DNA of 64,000 nt. Source: Hydrurus foetidus. Taxonomy: Eukaryota. The stretch is taken from contig UYFQ01000023.1 in assembly GCA_900617105.1 (NCBI GenBank), positions 186,001 to 250,000 of the forward strand, given 5' to 3'. The notes under the pieces are model-generated. The model was not told the origin of the DNA, ran no database searches, and saw only the letters and a program-made list of their open reading frames with translations. The translations under genes were made by a program, and so were the position numbers. Each line of letters opens with the position of its first letter. The stretch's first letter is position 1. Positions 1 through 9,727 of the stretch are shown here, piece by piece.

Positions 1-2
1 GT

Positions 3-1604
3 GTGCAGCTGACGCTGTGCGTGGGCGAGCTCAAAGCGAGCTTGCGCGAACTGGCTTTCACCGCCGACAGTGTGGTGCTGGCTGGCAGCAGCGAGCGCTG
101 GGACATTCACACTGTAAAAGCCATCGCCCGTTGCTGCCACCGGGGCACGCACACCACGGCCACACACCTGACGCAGCCGATGCAGCAGGCGTTGGCGCAA
201 TGTGGCTTTGTGCAGGACATGCTGAAAGGGTTGGATGGCACAGCCAACGCAGCCAACGGCACAACAAACCAAGCGACTTACAGCGCCACCTACAACCCAC
301 GTTGGGAACCCAAAAACCGCCAAGCAGCCCCGCAGCGCTCAACGCCCGGCACCTGCACCGTCATCGGTGCGGGTTTGGCGGGGGCCGCCGTGGCCAACAG
401 TTTGGCGCGGCGCGGCTGGCGTGTCACCGTGCTGGATGCCGCAGCCGAACCAGCCCAGGGTGCGTCCGGCATTCCCGCAGGCTTGGTGGTGCCGCATGTG
501 TCTCCGGACGACAGCTTGCTCTCACGCCTGAGCCGCAGCGGGGTGCGCATCACGGTGCAGCAAGCACAGGCCTTGCTGCTGGTAGAAGGCAAAGATTGGG
601 CGCTCAGCGGGGTGCTGGAGCACCGGGTAGATGGCAGCCCCGGCTTGCCATCCCGCATTTGCGTTGACCTTAGCGCTGACGTTCGCGCTGGTGTTGACAT
701 TGACGCAGCCCCTGACACGGCCTGGAGCTGCCCCGCCACCCCAGCACAGTTGTCTGCAGCCCAGCTTGCGCCCGACACCCTGGCCGTCTGGCACAGCCAT
801 GCGGCGTGGATCAAACCCGCCGCGCTGGTTGCAGGGCTGCTCAGGCACCCGAACATCACTTGGCGGGGCAACAGCCGGGTGCATGCGTTGCAACGCCTCC
901 CCGCAGACAGCCCCGGCGGTGCCGCATGGCTGGCTTTGGACGAGACGGGGGCCGCGTTGGCGCAAGCCCAACTCACGGTGGTGGCTGCGGCTTACGCGAG
1001 CGAGCATGTGCTGAACGCAGTCACAACGCTGCCCCTGCAAGCGATTCGAGGGCAAATCTCTTGGGGTCTGCACCCACAGCAAGCCACACCCAACGCAGCC
1101 CCTGCCGCATCCCTGCCGCCCTTCCCCGTCAACGGCCAGGGCAGCGTGATTCCGCAGATTCCGACAGCGCAAGGCATGGCGTGGGCGGTGGGGGCGACGT
1201 TTGAGCGCGACCCATCGGATACCCACACCGAGACGCAAGCCACCGCACGGCGCCATGCCGAGAACCAAGTGCGCCTGCACCAGCTGCTGCCCCGCCCATC
1301 GCATCATCAGGCGGCACAGCTGACGGTAGACCAACCCAGCACCCAAGCCTTTATCGGCATCCGCTGTGCATCCCCTGATCGCCTGCCTTTGGTGGGCCCC
1401 CTGCCCGATACCGAAGACCTTTGGCTCGCCACCGCTATGGGCTCGCGGGGCTTAAGTTTGGCGCTGCTGTGCGCCGAACTGCTCGCCGCACGGCTGCACA
1501 ACGAGCCTTGGCCGGTGGAAAAACGTCTGGCCCAGGCGCTGGACGCTCAGCGCTTCACGATAAACCCGCCCACCCACAAACTGCGAGTCAACCCGCTACG
1601 ATAG
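3..1604 (+). CDS. mnmC: tRNA mnm5s2U34 biosynthesis protein MnmC, 5'-truncated by the window (FAD-dependent oxidoreductase domain plus end of the methyltransferase domain)
   Basis: VIGAGLAGAAVA FAD motif, GASG..AG, RGQ, RCASPDRLPLVG and GSRGL motifs typical of the MnmC C-terminal domain. Confidence 0.85.
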   Translation: MQLTLCVGELKASLRELAFTADSVVLAGSSERWDIHTVKAIARCCHRGTHTTATHLTQPMQQALAQCGFVQDMLKGLDGTANAANGTTNQATYSATYNPRWEPKNRQAAPQRSTPGTCTVIGAGLAGAAVANSLARRGWRVTVLDAAAEPAQGASGIPAGLVVPHVSPDDSLLSRLSRSGVRITVQQAQALLLVEGKDWALSGVLEHRVDGSPGLPSRICVDLSADVRAGVDIDAAPDTAWSCPATPAQLSAAQLAPDTLAVWHSHAAWIKPAALVAGLLRHPNITWRGNSRVHALQRLPADSPGGAAWLALDETGAALAQAQLTVVAAAYASEHVLNAVTTLPLQAIRGQISWGLHPQQATPNAAPAASLPPFPVNGQGSVIPQIPTAQGMAWAVGATFERDPSDTHTETQATARRHAENQVRLHQLLPRPSHHQAAQLTVDQPSTQAFIGIRCASPDRLPLVGPLPDTEDLWLATAMGSRGLSLALLCAELLAARLHNEPWPVEKRLAQALDAQRFTINPPTHKLRVNPLR

Positions 1605-1638
1605 GGGCTTGACCACCATTTTTTGGGGAGTTGCTCAC

Positions 1639-2973
1639 ATGTCTTCAACACCACATTCAATACCTGGACCTCGCCCCGTGAAAACAAAATTTCCCACCCA
1701 ATTCGGCATTGCCGTCAACTCGCTCACTTTTGTGCTGCTGATGGGCTGTGGCGGCGGGTCTACATCGACCGCCACCGTTGCGTCCACGACAGCCACAGCG
1801 CCAACAACATCCACAACCGTCACCACACCCGTGGTAGACCTCTGCCCCACAACGTCCAAAGGCCCAGCCACAGGCGTTTACACCGCCCCGGCCACCCCCA
1901 TCGCACAACTGCCGCTGGCCAAACGCGGTGCGGCCTTGGCGGCAGCGCTCGGCACCCCGCCGCGCTTGCTGGTGGGTTTGGGCACAGTGGACATCAGCGT
2001 GGTGCAAGCACAAGCCGTCAAAGTTGACATTTACGACCAGTATTTGAGCGGTGTGGGCAGTAATACCTGGCCCAGTTACGCCAGCCCCAGCGGTGCTTAC
2101 GTGCAGACCATCGCCAAAAATGCCGACTGCATCGGCGCTGTGCCCATGTTCACGCTGTACCAAATGGCCAGCAATGGCGACGGCAACGTCACCCACCTGC
2201 AAGAGTTTGCCTTCATGAAGCAGTATTGGGACCAGGTGCGGCTGCTGTTCACCCAGCTCAAAACCTACGGCAAACCGGCGCTGGTGAACTTCGAGCCCGA
2301 TTTTTGGGGCTACACCCAGCGCATCAGCCGTGACCCGACACAGCAATTTGCCCAAGTCTCAGCCACCAGCGGCGGGGACTGCACCACGCTCACCGACGAC
2401 ATCGTGGGCATTGCCGGTTGTTTGGTGCAAATGGCCCGCAAGTACGCACCCAACGCCTATGTGGGCTTTCCGCCCTCGAACTTCCCCGATTTAGCAGCTG
2501 CAGAGCCGGGGTACATGAAGCGGATCGGTGCCGATAAAGCCGACTTTGCCGTCATGCAAACGCTGGACCGCGACGTGGGCTGCATTGAAGCGGGCTACGC
2601 CGCTGCCAATTGCAACCGCAGCACAAGCAATGACAATGCACTCAAACTCTGGGACGAAACCAACACCACCTCGCCCACCTTCACCGAGCATTTCGCCAGT
2701 GCCCGCAGCTACGCGAACACCTTGAACCTGCCCCTGCTGTGGTGGCAAACCCCGATGGGCGCGGCCTCAACCACCCCAGGCGGCAAAGTGAATGCGTTCC
2801 GGGACAACCGGGTACGTTATTTTTTAAGCCATGCCGCTGAGATGACGGCAGCGGGTGGATTTGGCGTGGTGTTCAGCCCAGGGCACACGTCACAAACCAC
2901 GTTGGCAACCGACGGCGGGCAGTTCAAAACCTTATCGACAGGCTATCTGGCAAAGCCAACAGCACTGCCTTGA
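1639..2973 (+). CDS. Putative lipoprotein, possibly with a glycoside-hydrolase-like domain
   Basis: GGAG SD before ATG 1639; lipobox LLMGC; Thr-rich linker; NFEPDFWGY motif. Confidence 0.6.
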   Translation: MSSTPHSIPGPRPVKTKFPTQFGIAVNSLTFVLLMGCGGGSTSTATVASTTATAPTTSTTVTTPVVDLCPTTSKGPATGVYTAPATPIAQLPLAKRGAALAAALGTPPRLLVGLGTVDISVVQAQAVKVDIYDQYLSGVGSNTWPSYASPSGAYVQTIAKNADCIGAVPMFTLYQMASNGDGNVTHLQEFAFMKQYWDQVRLLFTQLKTYGKPALVNFEPDFWGYTQRISRDPTQQFAQVSATSGGDCTTLTDDIVGIAGCLVQMARKYAPNAYVGFPPSNFPDLAAAEPGYMKRIGADKADFAVMQTLDRDVGCIEAGYAAANCNRSTSNDNALKLWDETNTTSPTFTEHFASARSYANTLNLPLLWWQTPMGAASTTPGGKVNAFRDNRVRYFLSHAAEMTAAGGFGVVFSPGHTSQTTLATDGGQFKTLSTGYLAKPTALP

Positions 2974-2974
2974 T

Positions 2975-3123
2975 GGCACAAATACCCAACAACAATCACC
3001 CCAAAATCCCCGCGTAGCGATCGGTCGGGTGAAGCAGCATGGCGGTGGGGTGGTTCAGCAGCTTGTCCACCACACCAAGACAAACATCAGCCGACAGTGG
3101 TACCTCCACAAAACCCGGGGCGA
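2975..3123 (-). pseudogene. Fragment of a VapC/PIN-domain toxin gene
   Basis: Minus strand reads RPG(frameshift)EVPLSADVCLGVVDKLLNHPTAMLLHPTDRYAGILG*LLLG, resembling the central region of VapC proteins. Confidence 0.5.
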
Positions 3124-3124
3124 T

Positions 3125-5146
3125 TCACCCCACAGCGATCAACGCATCAGGCTTATGCAGACGCACCCCGTTGCGTCCAGCGTGCTTGGCTGCATAGCAA
3201 GAGGCATCTGCTGCGGCCAATACGGCAACAGCCGTAGGCACAGACTCATCAATTTCCACCACACCAATGCTGGCTCCGATGCGCAAAATTTGCCCTTGCC
3301 ATGCCAACTCAAAAGAGGCAATCGAAACTCTGATTTTCTCTGCCGCGTTGACAGCCGTAGCGCCATTGCATGAGAACAGCAGCACAGCAAATTCATCGCC
3401 CCCCAGACGAGCCACGATGTCTTTGGTGCGCACCTGAGCCAAGATGCGTTTGGAGACGTCTTTCAGCACTTCATCACCTGCGGCATGACCAGCGGTGTCG
3501 TTCACCTGCTTGAAGTAGTCCAGGTCAATGAACAACGCAGACACCGGTTCTTTGAGGCGACGGTCTTTCACACTGTCGCCCAACATCGACTCGAAAGTAC
3601 GGCGGTTGTACAGCTCGGTCAACGGATCGCGGGTGGATTTCCAGATCAAATCTTGCCGTTGAATGCGTTTTTGGGCAATGTCTTCCACCACCCAAATCGT
3701 GCCCATACCAGGGTCGCCAGCCTTGACCGGGGCACCTTGCAAGCGCCCCCAAAATCGCCCACCATCGCATTGAGCAAACTCAATCTCTTCATCGAACGGC
3801 TTGCCTTGTAAAAATGCATCGCGAACACGCAAACCTAACGCTTCGTACACCTCGTCAGTGGTGTACAGCACCCGTGCAGACTGCCCGATCAAAGCATCAA
3901 AGGTGTAACCAAACAGCTTGAGCCACGAGGCACTGGCCAGTTCGATTTTTCGGTCCCGGGTGAACAATATGCCAACAGGGGAATGTCCCAGGATGGCATC
4001 CATGCGGGCCAGCAGGCCCTGGCTGGTGGCTTCCATTTGTTGGCGTTGTTTCAAGGCACTGCGCAGGACATGGCTCAGTTGGCCCACCTCACCGCTGCCG
4101 TTGGGCCAGCCTTCATCCGCTGGGAGTGCGCTGTCTTGCAGCTTCAGAGCCCGCTTTTCCAGCAATTTGAGCGGGCGCGTGATGGCCGTGGTCGCCAGCA
4201 GCAGCAAAGTTCCCCCCACCAGCGATACAACCAAACCCAGCCACATCAACTGGGAGCGGATCATTTGCAGTCCGCCCAAAAGCGTGGAAGCCTGCGCCAC
4301 TTGCACCACCACCCAATCGGCATCAGGCACACCTGCCATCGACACAATTTGATCCCCGATCAACGCCGAAAGCCCCGAGGGCTCTATGGGGCGACCCTGC
4401 GTCACCCAGCGGTCCACCGTAGGTGCCAGCAGCTCATCGTCACGCGCATCGCGCAAAATTTGCTCTGCATCGGGGTGTGCTACCAGCACACCCGTCGCAT
4501 CCATGACCACAGTGAGCGCGTTGTCCTCATCTGAAACCCCTCCCAAATCAGTAAGTTGCATCAACAAACGGCTATGGCGTAACGAAACACCTCCTGTTAA
4601 CACGCCAACCACCTGCCCTGCGGCATCCATGAGGGGCATGGTCAGCACCACGATGGCCTGACCCGACACATTGGAGCGGTGTGGCTCCGACACAAAAGGC
4701 CGCTGCTGCTGCACCGTTTTAGTGAAGTAGGGCCAGTCTGACAAAGAAGCTGTGGGGTAGCGCGCACCGCTGGCATCCACATAGGCCGTGATGGTGCCGT
4801 CTCGCGTGGCAACCAACAGATGGTGATCGAACATGGTGAACAAAGCGGGACGGCCGGAGAGGTAATGCAGCATGACCGCGTTATCGGTCAACTTGTCCAA
4901 AGGCAGTTGCTCAGCAGCTTGGCGCAATTGCAGCTGCAAACTCACCACCCTTGACGACACAATTGCCGCCAGCCGCTGGGTTTGCCCGTGGCTGACTTTC
5001 ATCACCGCACGGCGGGTCTGCACATCCACACCATCCAGGGCAAGGTACACCGTCAGCCACACACTGCCCATGATGAGTGCGGCCCCCATGAATGCAAACC
5101 TGACTTTGAGGGAAGCCAACCACGGCGTGGGTCGTGTCGTGTTCAA
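3125..5146 (-). CDS. Membrane diguanylate cyclase (Cache-HAMP-PAS-GGDEF)
   Basis: Two TM segments around a Cache-like domain, PAS, DPLT, intact GGDEF with RTKD I-site. Confidence 0.9.
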   Translation of the reverse strand: MNTTRPTPWLASLKVRFAFMGAALIMGSVWLTVYLALDGVDVQTRRAVMKVSHGQTQRLAAIVSSRVVSLQLQLRQAAEQLPLDKLTDNAVMLHYLSGRPALFTMFDHHLLVATRDGTITAYVDASGARYPTASLSDWPYFTKTVQQQRPFVSEPHRSNVSGQAIVVLTMPLMDAAGQVVGVLTGGVSLRHSRLLMQLTDLGGVSDEDNALTVVMDATGVLVAHPDAEQILRDARDDELLAPTVDRWVTQGRPIEPSGLSALIGDQIVSMAGVPDADWVVVQVAQASTLLGGLQMIRSQLMWLGLVVSLVGGTLLLLATTAITRPLKLLEKRALKLQDSALPADEGWPNGSGEVGQLSHVLRSALKQRQQMEATSQGLLARMDAILGHSPVGILFTRDRKIELASASWLKLFGYTFDALIGQSARVLYTTDEVYEALGLRVRDAFLQGKPFDEEIEFAQCDGGRFWGRLQGAPVKAGDPGMGTIWVVEDIAQKRIQRQDLIWKSTRDPLTELYNRRTFESMLGDSVKDRRLKEPVSALFIDLDYFKQVNDTAGHAAGDEVLKDVSKRILAQVRTKDIVARLGGDEFAVLLFSCNGATAVNAAEKIRVSIASFELAWQGQILRIGASIGVVEIDESVPTAVAVLAAADASCYAAKHAGRNGVRLHKPDALIAVG

Positions 5147-5285
5147 GGATGTGTCTCTTATAAAGTGCGCTTTGAATTTATTTTCAACTTATTTTTAGCG
5201 CGATAGCCGTTTCTGTCTTTTGTCATTTTCTCTATTCGCGGCAAGTTGATGGCCTTCTCAAACCACGCGATAGGGGCATTCACGC

Positions 5286-5313
5286 AAAAAAGCCCGGCGT
5301 TCTCACGTCGGGC
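5286..5313 (-). terminator. Rho-independent terminator downstream of aceA
   Basis: GCCCGGCGT/ACGTCGGGC stem followed by T6 on the minus strand. Confidence 0.65.
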
Positions 5314-5381
5314 CTAAAGTCTCCTCAGACTCTGGTCAGGCTTTGTACTTGCCTGACACGGTTGCGTTGGGGGTCAGCAGA

Positions 5382-6701
5382 TCAGTGGAACTGCTCTTCT
5401 TCGGTAGAGCCAGTCAGCGCGGTCACGCTGGACTTGCCACCTTGAATGGTGGTGGTCACTTCGTCGAAGTAACCGGTGCCCACTTCTTGCTGGTGCGACA
5501 CGAAGGTGTAGCCACGGTCACGGGCGGCGAATTCAGGCTCTTGCACCTTCTCAACATAAGCCGTCATGCCGCGTGCCACGTAGTCTTGCGCCAAGTCGAA
5601 CATGTTGAACCACATCGAGTGGATGCCGGCCAAGGTGATGAACTGGTACTTGTAACCCATCGCGCCGAGTTCGCGCTGGAACTTGGCAATGGTCGCGTCG
5701 TCCAGGTTCTTTTTCCAGTTGAACGAAGGCGAGCAGTTGTACGCCAGCATCTTGCCGGGGTGAACTTTATGCACAGCATCAGCAAACTGCTTGGCGAATT
5801 CCAAATCAGGCGTGCCGGTTTCGCACCACACCAAATCGGCGTAATGGGCGTAAGCAATGGCGCGTGAAATAGCTTGGTCCATGCCCTTGCGGGTTTTGTA
5901 GAAGCCTTCGGAAGTGCGCTCGCCGGTGATGAAAGGCTTGTCGTTTTCGTCGTAGTCGCTGGTCAACAGGTCAGCAGCTTCTGCGTCGGTACGGGCAATC
6001 ACCAAGGTGGGCACGCCCATCACGTCAGCAGCCATGCGGGCAGCAATCAGTTTTTGGCAGGCTTCAACGGTAGGCACCAAGACCTTGCCGCCCATGTGGC
6101 CGCATTTTTTAACCGAAGCCAATTGGTCTTCAAAGTGAACGCCAGCCGCACCAGCGGTGATCATGGCCTTCATCAGCTCGAAAGCGTTCAACACGCCACC
6201 GAAACCGGCTTCAGCGTCGGCCACGATGGGCGCGAAGTTGTCAATGTAGCCTTTATCGCCAGCGTCAATGCCCTTGCTGTGCTGGATTTCATCCGCACGA
6301 CGGAAGGTGTTGTTGATGCGCTCAACCACGGTTGGCACCGAATCCACAGGGTACAGCGACTGGTCGGGGTACATCGAAGCGTAAGAGTTGTTGTCCGCAG
6401 CGACTTGCCAGCCCGACAGGTAGATGGCTTTCACGCCAGCTTTGACCTGCTGCATGGCTTGACCACCGGTCAACGCACCCAGGCAGTTCACATAGGCTTC
6501 GGTGTTGACCAAATTCCACAGCTTTTCAGCACCACGGCGAGCCAAGGTGTGCTCGATAGGGAAAGAGCCACGCAGGCGAACCACTTCAGCAGCGGTGTAG
6601 CCGCGCTTGATGCCCTTCCAACGGGGGTTGGTGTCCCAGTCTTTTTGCAGGGCGGCGGTTTGCTGTTCGCGGCTGAGTTGTTCAGTGAGGGTTTGAGGCA
6701 T
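5382..6701 (-). CDS. aceA: Isocitrate lyase
   Basis: KKCGHMGGK signature, [11 protein letters not shown]-terminal STEEEQFH. Confidence 0.98.
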   Translation of the reverse strand: MPQTLTEQLSREQQTAALQKDWDTNPRWKGIKRGYTAAEVVRLRGSFPIEHTLARRGAEKLWNLVNTEAYVNCLGALTGGQAMQQVKAGVKAIYLSGWQVAADNNSYASMYPDQSLYPVDSVPTVVERINNTFRRADEIQHSKGIDAGDKGYIDNFAPIVADAEAGFGGVLNAFELMKAMITAGAAGVHFEDQLASVKKCGHMGGKVLVPTVEACQKLIAARMAADVMGVPTLVIARTDAEAADLLTSDYDENDKPFITGERTSEGFYKTRKGMDQAISRAIAYAHYADLVWCETGTPDLEFAKQFADAVHKVHPGKMLAYNCSPSFNWKKNLDDATIAKFQRELGAMGYKYQFITLAGIHSMWFNMFDLAQDYVARGMTAYVEKVQEPEFAARDRGYTFVSHQQEVGTGYFDEVTTTIQGGKSSVTALTGSTEEEQFH

Positions 6702-6834
6702 GGTGAACTCCTAAAGGGTTAACAAAAACTAAAAACATCGACGTTGCACACGTCATATTCAGGTTGGCTGGCACTTGCATGCAAGACCTTTGCCAGTGCC
6801 ACAAGTTTACGCCTACTGGATGCCAAATCTAAGC

Positions 6835-6853
6835 TCTTATGTCTTATATAAGA
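6835..6853. promoter_or_regulatory. Candidate GntR-family (SdhR-type) operator upstream of aceA
   Basis: TCTTATGTCTTATATAAGA containing the perfect palindrome TCTTATATAAGA in the AT-rich aceA upstream region; resembles the betaproteobacterial SdhR motif as recalled. Confidence 0.6.
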
Positions 6854-6997
6854 GATATTTTTTTACATTACAAATCAATAAGTTACAAATCAATTTTTGC
6901 AATACAAAATTCAATTTTTTATTATGGAATTCATTTACTGCACTGCACCATTTTATTTTTCACAATATGAAACAGAAAAACCAACATATGGAAAATC

Positions 6998-7411
6998 TCA
7001 CCCCAGCAAATGCCGCCCCAAATGCCGCTCTTTTACCCAATCCCCACCCACCAGCACCGGTTTGCCCTGTATGTAGTCCGGGTTGATCTCATAAACGATG
7101 CATTCCAGCACCTTATCCGCCACCTGCACTGGCAAGGTGCGCTTGAGGTATTCCCCCGTGGGCACCGGGTAAATCATCTCAATGCCGTCCAGCACCTGCT
7201 CCAGTGTGGGGCTGATGGCATAAACCTCACCGACCACCAGAGCGCTGCCCGCCAGCACCAGCCCCGGATACGCCCCCAAGTGGTACATCGTGCCGTGGAT
7301 GTGGGCGTGCCCAATGAACACAGGTGCAGGGGTCTGGCGGGTGATGTCGTTGTCATCGCCTGCACGCAGGGTGCCGTAGACAAAAACGTAGCGAAGGGTG
7401 GAATGCGGCAT
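6998..7411 (-). CDS. Gamma-glutamylcyclotransferase (AIG2-like) family protein
   Basis: VFVYGTLR and YPGL...GEVY motifs. Confidence 0.85.
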   Translation of the reverse strand: MPHSTLRYVFVYGTLRAGDDNDITRQTPAPVFIGHAHIHGTMYHLGAYPGLVLAGSALVVGEVYAISPTLEQVLDGIEMIYPVPTGEYLKRTLPVQVADKVLECIVYEINPDYIQGKPVLVGGDWVKERHLGRHLLG

Positions 7412-7457
7412 GATGGGGGCTTCAAAAGTGTGTCCAAAGTGATGCAATAACTATAGC

Positions 7458-8399
7458 GTGACACGCCCTATGCAAAACCCTCATCAACGTTTTACCGCCT
7501 ACGCTTGCCTCGCCCTGAGCATGACCCTGGTGGGCAGCTATGTGGCCCTGTCCAAACCCCTGGCGGCCGCCCTGCCCGTCTTCTTGCTGGCGTGGCTGCG
7601 CTTTGGCATCGGTGCCGTTGCCATGCTGAGTTGGCTCAAAAAACCAGCGCTTGAGGCCCCTATGACGGCGCAAACCAAGCGACTGGTGTTTTTGGAATCC
7701 TTCTTGGGCAACTTTTTGTTCTCCATATGCATGTTGTTTGGCGTCAGCCTGACCAGCGCAGTGTCCGCAGGCGTCATCATGGCCGCCATACCCGCAGTCG
7801 TGGCGCTGATGAGCTGGGCTTTTCTGCGCGAACGCATCGGGCGGCGCACCGTGGCCTCCATTGCCTGCGCCATCATCGGCATTGGCTTGTTGACGCTATC
7901 AAAATCAGAGCTACCCGTACATGCAGGGCAAGCTGAAATGGTTGATCCAAACCAAAACCATGCATGGCTGGGCAATCTGCTGCTGATGGGTGCCGTGCTG
8001 TGCGAGGCCGCCTATGCCGTGATCGGCAAAAAGCTCACCGGTGTGCTGACCCCCAAACGCATCAGCGCCCTCATCAACCTCTGGGGGTTTGCGCTGGTCA
8101 CGCCCATGGGGCTGTGGATGGCGCTGCGGTTTGACTTTGCCAGCGTGGCGGGCAGCACCTGGCTGCTGCTGCTCTTCTACGCCCTGGCCGCCAGCGTGGG
8201 GACGGTGTGGCTGTGGATGACCGGCCTGAAAACAGTGGCCGCCGCCCAAGCCGGTGTGTTCACCGTGATGCTCCCCCTGTCAGCGGCGCTGGTCGGCGTG
8301 CTGGTGCTGGGCGAGCGGCTGAACACCACGCAGATGCTGGCCTTTGGCGTGGCCCTGCTAGGCATTGTGCTGGCGACGTTGCCAGAGCGCACGCCTTGA
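7458..8399 (+). CDS. DMT/EamA family transporter
   Basis: About 10 hydrophobic helices in two EamA repeats. Confidence 0.88.
   Translation: MTRPMQNPHQRFTAYACLALSMTLVGSYVALSKPLAAALPVFLLAWLRFGIGAVAMLSWLKKPALEAPMTAQTKRLVFLESFLGNFLFSICMLFGVSLTSAVSAGVIMAAIPAVVALMSWAFLRERIGRRTVASIACAIIGIGLLTLSKSELPVHAGQAEMVDPNQNHAWLGNLLLMGAVLCEAAYAVIGKKLTGVLTPKRISALINLWGFALVTPMGLWMALRFDFASVAGSTWLLLLFYALAASVGTVWLWMTGLKTVAAAQAGVFTVMLPLSAALVGVLVLGERLNTTQMLAFGVALLGIVLATLPERTP
7895..7956 (+). repeat. Dispersed 62-bp motif, copy within the EamA gene
   Basis: GCTATCAAAATCAGAGC-TACCCGT-AC-ATGCAGGGCA-AGC. Confidence 0.7.
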
Positions 8400-8408
8400 G
8401 CATCATCG

Positions 8409-8933
8409 TCATACCAACGGCACGCTGCTGACAACTATCCCATCACCATCGGCGTACAGCCAGTCACCAGGCACCACCCGCACCCCCTGGATATGCACCT
8501 CCACATCACGCTGGCCTTGGTTTTTGCGGTCAGTTGGCAGGGGGATAAGACCCAATGCACGGATGCCCACCTGGTGTGCGGCCAGTTCAGCCACATCGCG
8601 CACGCAACCATCCACCACCACACCGGCCCAGCCATTGCGGGCGGCACTGGCCCCAATCAAGCCGCCAACCAACGCCCGGCGTAACGAGCCCCCGCCATCC
8701 ACCACCAGCACCGCCGACTGCGGCCCCCTGGGGGTATCGACCAAGCCAGAAGATTCCAGCAAGGCTTTCACAAGGCTGTTGTCTTCATAACACTTCACCG
8801 TGACCACGGGGCCGCAAAAGCGGCTTAAAGCACCGTACTCGTGGAACACTGGCGGCAGCACGCGAAAGTGGCCGCTGGTATCGCTTTTATGGGCATCGCA
8901 GAAATCGCAAGTCGAGAATGTGATGGTGGTCAT
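8409..8933 (-). CDS. rraA: RraA family protein (RNase E regulator / HMG aldolase-like)
   Basis: TCDFCD, VKCYEDNS, VLVVDGGGS, GCVRD, YADGDG motifs. Confidence 0.9.
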   Translation of the reverse strand: MTTITFSTCDFCDAHKSDTSGHFRVLPPVFHEYGALSRFCGPVVTVKCYEDNSLVKALLESSGLVDTPRGPQSAVLVVDGGGSLRRALVGGLIGASAARNGWAGVVVDGCVRDVAELAAHQVGIRALGLIPLPTDRKNQGQRDVEVHIQGVRVVPGDWLYADGDGIVVSSVPLV

Positions 8934-9172
8934 GATGGGTTCTCTCTCAGGTGTTGAATTCAGGTTTAAAGAAGGCTTTCAAGGCGCTAGAGCATACAAA
9001 AACCGTGCTGCGCGCAGCAAGGGTGCCAAAAACCACATTCAAACCCTGTTTAAGAGCGAAAAAGTGCCTCCCCCGCTTGGAAAGCCCTGTCTTTCCCAGT
9101 AGCATCGCATGTGCCACCGATTTAGCAGTTTTTTGCTGGTGGCCAATCAACTTCTACAAGGAAAAAGCAACC

Positions 9173-9643
9173 ATGGCAACTGCGAAAACACCAGCTAAAA
9201 AAGCGGCACCTGCAACCAAAGCAGCACCAACGAAGGCCGCTGCGGCACCCGCAAAAAAAGCGGCTCCCGTAGCAAAAGTAGCGGCTCCTGCAAAAGCCGC
9301 CGCACCGGCTGCCAAAGTCGCTGCAAAAGCTGCTGCACCCGCCAAGAAAGCCCCCGCTAAAAAAGCTGCTGTTGAAAAAGCACCTGCTGCCAAGCGCGCT
9401 GTGAACGCGGCTTTCCTCAAGCCCCTGACCCCCAGCGCCGCATTGGCCGCTGTGATTGGTGCCACCCCCATCCCTCGCACCGAAATCGTCAAACAACTGT
9501 GGGTTTACATCAAAAAGCACGGTCTGCAAGACGCTGTGAACAAGCGCATGATCAACGCTGACACCAAGCTCAAAGCCTTCTTTGGCAAAGCCCAAGTGTC
9601 TATGTTCGAGATGGCTGGCATCATTGGCAAGCACGTCAAGTAA
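9173..9643 (+). CDS. SWIB/MDM2-domain protein with a histone H1-like Ala/Lys/Pro-rich N-terminus
   Basis: PAKKAAP repeats then RTEIVKQLWVYIKKHGLQD SWIB motif; AAGGA SD. Confidence 0.9.
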   Translation: MATAKTPAKKAAPATKAAPTKAAAAPAKKAAPVAKVAAPAKAAAPAAKVAAKAAAPAKKAPAKKAAVEKAPAAKRAVNAAFLKPLTPSAALAAVIGATPIPRTEIVKQLWVYIKKHGLQDAVNKRMINADTKLKAFFGKAQVSMFEMAGIIGKHVK

Positions 9644-9678
9644 TCTGATTTTTCCCGCTTTGGGAATTTGAGGAACAC

Positions 9679-9706
9679 AAAAAGCCGCAGCAATGCGGCT
9701 TTTTTT
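9679..9706 (+). terminator. Rho-independent terminator
   Basis: AAAAAGCCGCA-GCAA-TGCGGCTTTTTTT. Confidence 0.8.
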
Positions 9707-9727
9707 ATGGTGAGTGAAAATTACCGC

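Noticed and set aside
6775..7086. 103-aa ORF upstream of aceA
   Set aside because: Runs through an AT-rich promoter region with non-host codon usage; likely spurious
7441..7502. Possible additional copy of the 62-bp motif (GATGCAATAACTATAGC)
   Set aside because: Left arm and position 37-39 do not match; too weak to count
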